NCBI GenBank assembly: GCA_946490455.1
Contig: CAMLXE010000001.1
Coordinates: forward strand, 1-38,098
DNA: 38,098 nucleotides
Reading direction: 5' to 3'
DNA from: an uncultured Desulfovibrio sp.
Lineage (GTDB): Bacteria; Desulfobacterota; Desulfovibrionia; Desulfovibrionales; Desulfovibrionaceae
The notes beneath the pieces are model-generated. The model did no database searches and was not told the DNA's origin. It saw only the letters and a list, made by a program, of their open reading frames with translations. Position numbers and translations under genes: made by a program. Below are positions 30,320-38,098 of this stretch, piece by piece. Position 1 is the first letter of the stretch. The number at the start of each line of letters is the position of its first letter.

Positions 30320-31042
30320 TCAGTGCAAAATTTTCCCCAAAAACTGTTTTGTCCTCTCGTGAATGGGATTGACAAAAAAGTGCTCGGGCGTTCCTTCCTC
30401 CAGAATCATTCCGTCAGCCATAAAAATGACTCTGTCGGCCACCTCACGGGCAAATCCCATTTCGTGCGTTACAATGACCATGGTGATGCTTTCATCAGCG
30501 AGTTTGATCATGACATTAAGCACTTCCTGGACTGTTTCCGGATCCAGAGCGGAGGTGGGTTCATCAAAAAGAATAATTTTGGTCTGACTGCACAAAGCAC
30601 GGGCAATGGCCACACGTTGCTGCTGTCCTCCGGACAGTGTGGCCGGGTAGGCATGAGCTTTTTCCGTCAGGCCAACTACAGCAAGATAGTTGTATGCCAG
30701 TTCTTCGGCTTCCCGTTTGGATTTGTGAAACAGCTTTATTGGTGCCAGCGTCAGATTGCCCAGTACAGTCAGGTGCGGATACAGGTTGAACTGCTGAAAA
30801 ACCATGGAGGATGTACTTCGGACAAGCTGAATTCTGTTTTTCTTTGTCAGCTCCACACCATCAATGAAAACCTGACCGGAAGTGGGCATTTCAAGCCCGT
30901 TCATGCAACGTACCGTCGTTGATTTGCCGGAACCGGAGGGTCCGATGATGACCAGTTTTTCGCCTTCCTGCACAACAAGATTGACATCTTTCAGTACCTC
31001 GTTGTGCCCAAAGGATTTATGTATGTGAGAAAGCCTAATCAT
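30320..31042 (-). CDS. glnQ: Polar amino-acid ABC transporter ATP-binding protein
   Basis: [55 protein letters not shown]. Confidence 0.95.
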   Translation of the reverse strand: MIRLSHIHKSFGHNEVLKDVNLVVQEGEKLVIIGPSGSGKSTTVRCMNGLEMPTSGQVFIDGVELTKKNRIQLVRSTSSMVFQQFNLYPHLTVLGNLTLAPIKLFHKSKREAEELAYNYLAVVGLTEKAHAYPATLSGGQQQRVAIARALCSQTKIILFDEPTSALDPETVQEVLNVMIKLADESITMVIVTHEMGFAREVADRVIFMADGMILEEGTPEHFFVNPIHERTKQFLGKILH

Positions 31043-31782
31043 GCCCTTCTGTAATCTCCTTCAGAATCACGCAAACACCACTTCGGCCGTTCGGCTCTTC
31101 CTGTTATGCTGAAAGTATTTTCCCTGTAAGGGCAGAATGTATCGTCTTTCCTGAAAACAGAAAAAATACAATCAGATATGGCTGGTTTACTCGGGAGTGA
31201 AACCATGCCTGCCACGGAAAACCGCATGGTTTTCCTTCTGCTTTGTCATGCAATGCTGCCGACTGTCTTGTCTGCGGAAGGGTTGGGGCAGACGGGTTGT
31301 CGACACACGTTGCGAGATGCCAGTTCCATCTCGTACAGACAACCCGTTGGGGGAATAGGACGCTGGAGTTTTCTGCCGTGAGAATGGAAACATGTTCGTT
31401 CCGGGGACAGAAAGCAGTCATCTGTTCCGGAGTTCTCCCATATCACGGCTTTTCCGATCGCATATCAGGCGTTTTCAACAAAACGGCTGTTGTTTTCGTC
31501 CCGCTTGAAGCCTGTCGATAAGGGGAAGGGCATAGCCCTTCCTTTTGAAGCGGAGGAATTCCGCCTCGCAAAGAAATTTTTGTACAGATTTCAAGGCAAC
31601 ACAAAATCTTGAGCTGACTTTCGGAACTGACTGCGATGTGGGCGCCATCTCGGCATATGCGGCAACATATCTCGCGTCAGGCCGTATTGATCTTTTCAGG
31701 GCAGATGTGATGTTGCAGAGGTATGCAATATCACAATCTTGAAGTAACATTTTTGTTCAACCTTGAACTGCAATTGATTTTG

Positions 31783-31810
31783 AGCATACCGAGTCTAGGG
31801 AAAATGTCAA
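31783..31810 (-). promoter_or_regulatory. Near-consensus sigma70 promoter pointing toward the ABC operon
   Basis: Minus strand TTGACA-16 nt-TATGCT. Confidence 0.5.
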
Positions 31811-32090
31811 CAATATCCATGTGGGATGCGCAAAATTCTCCATAGGTATTTAGGGGTTGCACCATGCAGTTTGGGCTTTGGGAAAGGAAAGTTTTTTTGT
31901 TCGATGTGGTTGGACGTAATGCTTTTTTGAGTCTTTTGGAGGCAATAGGCTGTTGACCATGTTGCAATGGCTGATGAAAATTGAACAAGATGAAACTACC
32001 ATATTGAATTTGTATATAAAATAACCAAATGAACATCACAGATGGCATGAGAAGTGTCGGCTGTTCATTTATTGCGAAAAACGGGATAGA

Positions 32091-32125
32091 AGCTGCCAAG
32101 GATATGATATGATCCAATGGCAGCT
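32091..32125 (-). terminator. Probable terminator hairpin after the RND gene
   Basis: AGCTGCCA...TGGCAGCT inverted repeat about 18 nt past the stop; imperfect U tract. Confidence 0.45.
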
Positions 32126-32142
32126 CTCATTTGACATGTTTG

Positions 32143-35100
32143 TCATTCCGATGGTTTGGTACGCCGTGAAAACAGGCGGGTCACAACAACAAAGAACACG
32201 GGAATAAAGAAGATGCCAAGAGCGGTAGCCGAGAAAGTTCCTCCCATGACGCCAGTCCCGATGGCATTCTGTCCACCGGATCCGGCACCCGTGCTGATTG
32301 CCAGAGGCAGGACACCGAGCAGAAAGGCCAGCGAGGTCATGAGAATGGGGCGCAGTCTCAGGCGTGCAGCTTCAACGGTAGCTTCCAGAAGACCATGTCC
32401 CTTTTCATGGAGATCCTTGGCAAATTCCACAATCAGAATGGCGTTCTTGGCAGACAGGCCAATGATGGCAAGCAGACCTACCTGGAAAAAGACATCATTG
32501 GACATGCCCCGGAGGCCTGATGCTCCCAAGGCTCCAAGGATACCCAGCGGAACTACCAGAATGACGGCAAAGGGAACGCTCCAGCTTTCGTACAGCGCTG
32601 CCAGACTCAAGAATACGACAAGAATGGACAGTGCGTACAGATAGGGAGCCTGTGATCCTGTCAGACGCTCCTGGAAGGACATGCCTGTCCATTCATAGCC
32701 AATCCCTTCGGGAAGCTGTGCTGCCAGACGTTCCATTTCCTGCATGGCTGTGCCTGAGCTGACTCCGGGAGCAGCCGACCCCTGAATGAAAATGGAGGAA
32801 AAGCCGTTATAGCGTTCAAGCTGCATGGGACCAAATGTCCATTCGGCCGTGCCGAAGGCGGAAAAGGGAACCATGTCGCCATCCTTATTCCGGAAGAACC
32901 AGCGGTTGAAATCTTCTGGTGCCATGCGGAAAGGTGCATCAGCCTGAACATAGACACGTTTGACGCGGTTACGATCCACAAAGTCATTGACGTAATTGCC
33001 ACCCCATGCCGTGGACAGGTCATCATTGATGTCCTCAAGGTCCAGTCCGAAGGCGCTTGCCTTGCGGTCATCCAGGTTGATCTGGAGCTGGGGCGTATCT
33101 TCAAGCGCGTTGGCTCTGACATTCCAGAGAAGGGGACTCTGATCTGCAAGTTCGAGAAACTGATCTCGTGCCGCAAGTAACGCTTCGTGTCCGAGTCCCA
33201 CATAATCCTGCAACTGCAGGGCAAGCCCCGAGGAGCTCCCCATTCCCCTGATGGCTGGAGGAGCCGATACAAAGATTTCTGCACCCCGAATGGAAGAAAA
33301 GGCCTGCTGTGCACGTCTGATAACCGCCTGAACATGCTGATCCGGGCGAGTCCGTTCGCTCCAGTCAAGCAGACGAATATTGGCCTGTGCCGTACTCTGG
33401 CCCCGGTTACTGCCTCCACCATGACCAATGGTCATCATGAGTCCCTGAACAGTATCCTTTTCTTCTTCCAGAAAATATCTTTCTACCTGTTCGGCTATCT
33501 TGATGGTTTCCGCTTCTGTGGCGCCGGCAGGAAGGCGGATCTGGACATTCATGACCCCCTGATCCTCTTCGGGAAGGAAGGATGTCGGCATCTTCTGGAA
33601 CAGCCAGACCAGCCCGACACCAAGAATCAGATAAATGAGCATGATTCGACCGGTCCGACGAACCAGCCGGGAAACAAGTCCCTGATAACCGGACTGTGCC
33701 TTTTCAAAGGTCCGGTTGAACCAGCCAAAGAATCCGTTCTGGGAGAGTTCCTGATTTTCGTGTCGGAGAATTGTGGCACACAATGCCGGAGTGAGTACAA
33801 TGGCAATGAGTACCGACAGAACCATTGAGGATACAATGGTGATTGAAAATTGCCGATAGATGGCTCCTGTTGCTCCTCCGAAAAAGGCCATGGGAACAAA
33901 GACGGCGGACAGAACAACCGCAATGCCAATCAGGGCGCCGGTGATCTGCTCCATGGATCGAATGGTGGCTTCTTTGGGTGGCAGATGCTCCTCGCGCATG
34001 ACGCGTTCCACATTTTCCACCACAACGATGGCATCATCTACAAGCAGACCGATAGCCAGGACCAGGCCGAACATGGTCAGAGTGTTGATGGAGAACCCAA
34101 AAGCCGCCATGACACCAAAGGTTCCCAGCAGAACAATGGGCACGGCAATGGTGGGAATGAGCGTTGCCCTGAAGTTCTGAAGAAAAAGGTACATGACCAC
34201 GAAGACAAGGGCGATGGCTTCCAGAAGGGTTTTGACCACCTCTTCAATGGAAATGCGGACAAAGGGAACCGTATCGTAGGGAGAGACAACCTTGATGCCT
34301 GCCGGGAAGCGGGGTTCCATTCGTTCCAGAAAGGCCGCGACCCGTTCGGCCGTCTGAAGCGCATTGGCTCCACTGGCCAGCTGAATGCCAATGCCTGCGG
34401 CCGGTTGGCCGTTATATCGAGCAGAAGTGGTATAGTTTTCCTGGCCTATCTCGACTCGAGCCACATCACGCAGAAAGACAGAGGAACCATCCTGGTTCAC
34501 TCTGAGCAGAATATTTTCAAACTGCTCAGGAGTATTCAGTTTCTGTCGTGCGTTGACTGTAACGTTAAGCTGTTGGCCGTCTACTATGGGACTTGCACCG
34601 ATCTGTCCCACAGAGAGCTGTACGTTCTGGGCAGAAATGGCATCCACCACATCCTGTGGGGTCAGCTTGTAGGAATACAGTTTGGCCGGATCAAGCCAGA
34701 TGCGCATGGCATATTGTGCACCATAAAGTGAAACGGCGCCTACACCATTAATACGGCTCAGAGGGTCCTGTATGGTTGATGCCACAAAGTCTGCAAGATC
34801 AACCGCACTCATGGAGCCGTCTTCGGAAACAAAGGCAAACATCTGGAGAAAGGTGTCCGAGACCTTGTTTACGGTTACCCCCTGACGCTTGACTTCGTCT
34901 GGAAGTGAAGGTGTGGCCAGCTGTAGCTTGTTCTGAACCTGAACCTGTGCCGTATCGGGATTGACGGAGGAGTCAAAGGTCAGCCGCATGGTCATGCGAC
35001 CGGCAGAACTGCTCCCTGAAGTCATATAAAGGAGTCCGTCGATACCATTGAGCTTCTGTTCTATGATCTGAGTTACCGTATCTTCCAGAGTCTGTGCAGA

Positions 35101-35256
35101 AGCACCTGGGTATTCAACCTGGAGACTGACGACTGGTGGGGCGATACTCGGGTACTGGGAAACGGGAAGCCTGAGAATGGAAATTGCTCCGGCCAGCATG
35201 ATCAGAATGGCTATGACCCAGGCAAATACAGGACGGTTAATGAAAAAACGTGCCAT
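32143..35256 (-). CDS. HAE1-family RND efflux permease (AcrB/MexB-like)
   Basis: [55 protein letters not shown]; 1037 aa; proton-relay residues intact. Confidence 0.97.
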   Translation of the reverse strand: MARFFINRPVFAWVIAILIMLAGAISILRLPVSQYPSIAPPVVSLQVEYPGASAQTLEDTVTQIIEQKLNGIDGLLYMTSGSSSAGRMTMRLTFDSSVNPDTAQVQVQNKLQLATPSLPDEVKRQGVTVNKVSDTFLQMFAFVSEDGSMSAVDLADFVASTIQDPLSRINGVGAVSLYGAQYAMRIWLDPAKLYSYKLTPQDVVDAISAQNVQLSVGQIGASPIVDGQQLNVTVNARQKLNTPEQFENILLRVNQDGSSVFLRDVARVEIGQENYTTSARYNGQPAAGIGIQLASGANALQTAERVAAFLERMEPRFPAGIKVVSPYDTVPFVRISIEEVVKTLLEAIALVFVVMYLFLQNFRATLIPTIAVPIVLLGTFGVMAAFGFSINTLTMFGLVLAIGLLVDDAIVVVENVERVMREEHLPPKEATIRSMEQITGALIGIAVVLSAVFVPMAFFGGATGAIYRQFSITIVSSMVLSVLIAIVLTPALCATILRHENQELSQNGFFGWFNRTFEKAQSGYQGLVSRLVRRTGRIMLIYLILGVGLVWLFQKMPTSFLPEEDQGVMNVQIRLPAGATEAETIKIAEQVERYFLEEEKDTVQGLMMTIGHGGGSNRGQSTAQANIRLLDWSERTRPDQHVQAVIRRAQQAFSSIRGAEIFVSAPPAIRGMGSSSGLALQLQDYVGLGHEALLAARDQFLELADQSPLLWNVRANALEDTPQLQINLDDRKASAFGLDLEDINDDLSTAWGGNYVNDFVDRNRVKRVYVQADAPFRMAPEDFNRWFFRNKDGDMVPFSAFGTAEWTFGPMQLERYNGFSSIFIQGSAAPGVSSGTAMQEMERLAAQLPEGIGYEWTGMSFQERLTGSQAPYLYALSILVVFLSLAALYESWSVPFAVILVVPLGILGALGASGLRGMSNDVFFQVGLLAIIGLSAKNAILIVEFAKDLHEKGHGLLEATVEAARLRLRPILMTSLAFLLGVLPLAISTGAGSGGQNAIGTGVMGGTFSATALGIFFIPVFFVVVTRLFSRRTKPSE

Positions 35257-35783
35257 CGCCAGCTCCCGAATTTATGGATACCTTAGAATTCATCTGCAAT
35301 ATGTCGTCCCGTTCTGAAAGGAGAGCTGTACCGTCCGGGGAGGGTTAACCCGATAGTGCCAGAGAGCTGAACGTGGCGGAAAATGCTGTGCCTCGCAGTT
35401 GTCTTGCCCTTTGCAGGGCTGCTCTGGAAACTGTTTTTCTTCCGGTTGCCCAGTGAATAGAATTCACCTGACGTTACACCAGACAACGTAAAGGAAATGT
35501 TAAGAGAAGATGTGGTGACTTGTCCATATCACCAGACTGGTTTTTATGGCGCTCTGTCTGCTGTTCAAGGGGGGGGATATCTGTTCCGAGATGGCAAAGG
35601 CCTGTTCTGTTGCGGCCCAGATCAGGCTTGCAATCTGAGAAACAGCAGGTCGTGGACTTGTCTTTCTGTATTTGTGGCAGACGATTCTATGGGGTGATAG
35701 AGAGGTGTCAGTCGGACATTTTTGTCAGAAGCAGAAACAGTCGTTTTCCTGCAGTAACCTGATTGCCACGTCGGAAGGGGCTC

Positions 35784-36212
35784 TCAATGAGGCGCAATCA
35801 GTTGCAATGCCTCGAGGACTTCGTCCACTGAAGAAACAAGCTGAGTGCAGCTTCCTTCTATCATGGCATTTATTCGAGAATGGTCTGTGTCCCCGCCCCG
35901 ACGGAAATCTGTTCGGATGCCGATTATGGGGATGGAACGGGCAAAGGCATATCCGATTTCCCATGCCGTACCGTCATCAACCTGTGCGCCGTCAAGGAGC
36001 GCAACGACAACATCACAGCTTTCCAGTGCGGTTCTGTCTGCTTCCATGATCCGGCGAGGAGCCTCTTTACCCCAGTGTTTTACATCTTCCTGTGAAAAGA
36101 GTTCAAACGGCCAGATGACCTCATATTCTGCCGCTTGCAGCCTCACCCTGAATGCCCTGTGCCACTGTTGTTCTGCTTCAGTAAAGAGCGGCCCAGCCTG
36201 ATAGATACGCAT
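35784..36212 (-). CDS. Nucleoside 2-deoxyribosyltransferase-family protein
   Basis: IYQAGPLF, DRTALESCDVVVALLDG, DDGTAWEIGYA (catalytic Glu), RTDFR, INAMI; RBS GAGGT. Confidence 0.9.
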   Translation of the reverse strand: MRIYQAGPLFTEAEQQWHRAFRVRLQAAEYEVIWPFELFSQEDVKHWGKEAPRRIMEADRTALESCDVVVALLDGAQVDDGTAWEIGYAFARSIPIIGIRTDFRRGGDTDHSRINAMIEGSCTQLVSSVDEVLEALQLIAPH

Positions 36213-36477
36213 TGTGTACCTCGGAGTATGTATCTGGAAAAATATGCATCCTGATGGACAGGTTTTGGGATTTCCTTTCTGTTTTGATCTTTAAGCTGGG
36301 GATCGAGGTGGGGTCAAGGCTGGTGGACTAATACAGGAGAATATAGGTAATTCTATTAGCAAGTTACCGATAGCAATACGGGTGTAAGGAGAAATTGGGA
36401 GTGTAGTTCTGACTGGTGCAGGGGATGATTTCTTTGGAGGCAAGGCGGGAATTTGTTGTTTGAAAAGAAAGAGCAAT

Positions 36478-36510
36478 AAAAAAGGAACCGTTACTTCAGT
36501 AACGGTTCCT
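36478..36510 (-). terminator. Intrinsic terminator downstream of the tRNA 3' end
   Basis: Minus strand AGGAACCGTTACT-ga-AGTAACGGTTCCT-TTTTT, 8 nt after CCA. Confidence 0.88.
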
Positions 36511-36518
36511 GAAATATG

Positions 36519-36565
36519 TGGTGGAGATGGACAGAATTGAACTGACGACCTCTTGAATGCCATTC
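36519..36565 (-). pseudogene. 3' fragment of tRNA-Ala(GGC), forming an att junction
   Basis: Minus strand GA-ATGGCAT-TCAAG-AGGTC-GTCAG-TTCAATT-CTGTC-CATCTCC-A-CCA; D-arm and 5' acceptor strand absent, similarity ends 2 nt 5' of the anticodon loop. Confidence 0.88.
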
Positions 36566-36667
36566 CCTCTTTTCGTCTCTTTTTCCATACCGCCTTGTTT
36601 TGTTTTATATATAATTTCAACATATTACACAATAAGATTTTTCATAACAAATTTACCTTGGATTTGA

Positions 36668-36691
36668 AAAACTGGCACAAAACTGGCACAA
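36668..36691 (+). repeat. Tandem direct repeat AAAACTGGCAC x2 (putative integrase arm-type sites)
   Basis: Exact 11-bp repeat about 105 bp from the att core and about 45 bp before the integrase ATG. Confidence 0.65.
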
Positions 36692-36736
36692 CTCTTCTAT
36701 CTTGGGAACTTGATTAGGGCAAGAGGTTTTAGAAGC

Positions 36737-37909
36737 ATGAGCAAAGATGAAACCTGGATACGACTCGAAAAAGGTATCCGGTGTAAAAAGCATCCGACCA
36801 GAAAACACGGTGTCAAACCGGACGCCTACTTTGTTCTCCGTTTTGCCGTAGATGGAAAAATGTATCAGGAAGCTCTCGGTTGGGCCTCGGAAGGAATCAC
36901 TCTGGCTAAAGCCCGGGTGGAACTGGCTCGACTGAAAGAAGCTAAACGCCTCGGAGAAGGCCCCAGATCCTTACGGGAACGAAGGGATATCGCTGAAGCG
37001 GAAAGAAAGGCCAAAGAAGAAGAGGAACTTCAAAGGCAACGGAACCAGATTATTTTTTCTGATTTCTGGGCCAATACCTATCTTCCCTCTCAGCTCCATA
37101 AAGCCGACTCCAGTATGGTATCAGAAAAGGCACTCTGGAAAAACTGGATCAAACCGGCTATTGGCCATATCCCGATTGCCAAACTCACGGAGGATGATCT
37201 CGAAAGTCTAAAATACAAAATGATCCAAAAGGGAAAAGCACCGGCGACCATCAAATACGCGATGGCCGTCATTTCTCAGGTATGGACGAAAGCAATGGAT
37301 AAAGGAATCGTCAGTACTCCTTCTCCCACTCAAAAAGTCATACTCCCCAAAAGAGACAATCGAAGGCAACGGTATCTCAGCAAAGAAGAAGCCCATGAAC
37401 TGCTGAACAGACTGAAAGATCGAAGCCCCACGATACATGACATGGCTATCGTGTCTATGGAGTGTGGGTTACGATTTGGTGAGATTACGGCGCTGACTTG
37501 GGCTGATTGCGACTTTGAAAAACGTCAGCTGTTTATCCGGGACCCCAAAGCCAAGGCCAACAGATTTGCGTTTATGACAAGGAACGTCTACAGCGTACTC
37601 TCAAAGCGGTATGAGAACAGAACCGGAAACCTTATTTTTCCTGATGAAAATGGCAACAGGATGGCTAAACCTTCACATACCTTCAAACGTATAGCCGATG
37701 AACTGTTCAATAAAAACATATCCGATCCAAGACTGAGGGTATGTTTTCATAGTCTTAGACATACCTTTGCTTCATGGCTTGTCGGTGGTGGAGTAAGTCT
37801 TTATGAAGTCAAAGAACTCATGGGCCATGCCAGTATTGTCATGACTCAACGCTATAGTCATCTCTCTCCTGAAGGATTACGCGTAGCCATCAAAATATTG
37901 GAGGAATAA
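36737..37909 (+). CDS. Tyrosine recombinase/integrase with N-terminal arm-binding domain
   Basis: GLRFGE, DPK, FHSLRHTFASWL, LMGH, TQRYSH; N-terminal ALGWASEGITLAKAR region. ATG 36737 chosen over the upstream TTG. Confidence 0.95.
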   Translation: MSKDETWIRLEKGIRCKKHPTRKHGVKPDAYFVLRFAVDGKMYQEALGWASEGITLAKARVELARLKEAKRLGEGPRSLRERRDIAEAERKAKEEEELQRQRNQIIFSDFWANTYLPSQLHKADSSMVSEKALWKNWIKPAIGHIPIAKLTEDDLESLKYKMIQKGKAPATIKYAMAVISQVWTKAMDKGIVSTPSPTQKVILPKRDNRRQRYLSKEEAHELLNRLKDRSPTIHDMAIVSMECGLRFGEITALTWADCDFEKRQLFIRDPKAKANRFAFMTRNVYSVLSKRYENRTGNLIFPDENGNRMAKPSHTFKRIADELFNKNISDPRLRVCFHSLRHTFASWLVGGGVSLYEVKELMGHASIVMTQRYSHLSPEGLRVAIKILEE

Positions 37910-37972
37910 GTTATAACGAGTCCTTGCTGAATATACGAAGCTGTCAACACACCTGAATTTTATTACTACAAC

Positions 37973-38007
37973 AACGAGGCATGGAAATACCATAGCCTCG
38001 TTTTTTT
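37973..38007 (+). terminator. Terminator after the integrase
   Basis: AACGAGGC-ATGG-aaata-CCAT-a-GCCTCG-TTTTTTT. Confidence 0.85.
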
Positions 38008-38098
38008 ATCCGTCCTCTTAGCAGAGGATATAAGTTTATAAAATAATTCGGACAGGATATTATGTAATCAAAACGATCATTTTCCACAATCATACATT

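Larger units (their letters stand above)
36557..38098 (+). mobile_element. Left end of a tRNA-Ala-integrated element (genomic island, prophage or ICE/IME) continuing beyond the window
   Basis: tRNA fragment, AT-rich arm region with direct repeats, tyrosine integrase, and visibly more AT-rich sequence than the housekeeping genes. Confidence 0.82.

Noticed and set aside
31731-32117. 128-aa minus-strand ORF after the RND gene
   Set aside because: Starts within a terminator-like hairpin, is AT-rich, has no RBS or motifs, and spans a likely promoter.
36519-36565. Complete tRNA-Ala gene
   Set aside because: The D-arm and 5' acceptor strand are missing; it is only a 3' fragment.
36291-36632. 113-aa minus-strand ORF
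   Set aside because: Runs through the tRNA fragment and terminator; spurious.
36684-36698. Sigma54 promoter for the integrase (TGGCAC...)
   Set aside because: The -12 element reads TTCT rather than TTGC, and the tandem duplication fits arm-type sites better.

Overview
Bacterial chromosomal window; protein sequences and gene order suggest a Desulfovibrionaceae member (Bilophila/Mailhella/Desulfovibrio-like), which is an inference. Most of it is housekeeping: 5'-truncated fusA, ribF, a DsbA-family protein, lpxK-rnr, cls, a universal stress protein and guaB-guaA-tatB-tatC-hisB-lipoprotein-hisA. It also holds a Cache/HAMP/SpoIIE phosphatase, a glnQHMP-type amino-acid ABC transporter, an orphan AcrB-type RND pump and a nucleoside 2-deoxyribosyltransferase-family gene. 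The best candidate for an undescribed system is a minus-strand five-gene cluster at 5991-11704: GntP-family permease, Pct/YdiF-type CoA transferase, MaoC/PhaJ (R)-hydratase, Hbd and crotonase. Together these could import, activate and epimerise (R)-3-hydroxybutyrate or a related acid. The right end is the boundary of an integrative element: a 3' fragment of tRNA-Ala(GGC) starting at the anticodon loop, tandem arm-like repeats and an intact tyrosine integrase. Other oddities are an exported alpha/beta hydrolase lacking its catalytic Ser/His motifs, a TatC with a ~200-aa acidic extension, and a ~730-nt hairpin-rich region upstream of the ABC operon. No CRISPR array, rRNA or complete tRNA was seen. 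All calls are by motif recognition only, with no database searches.
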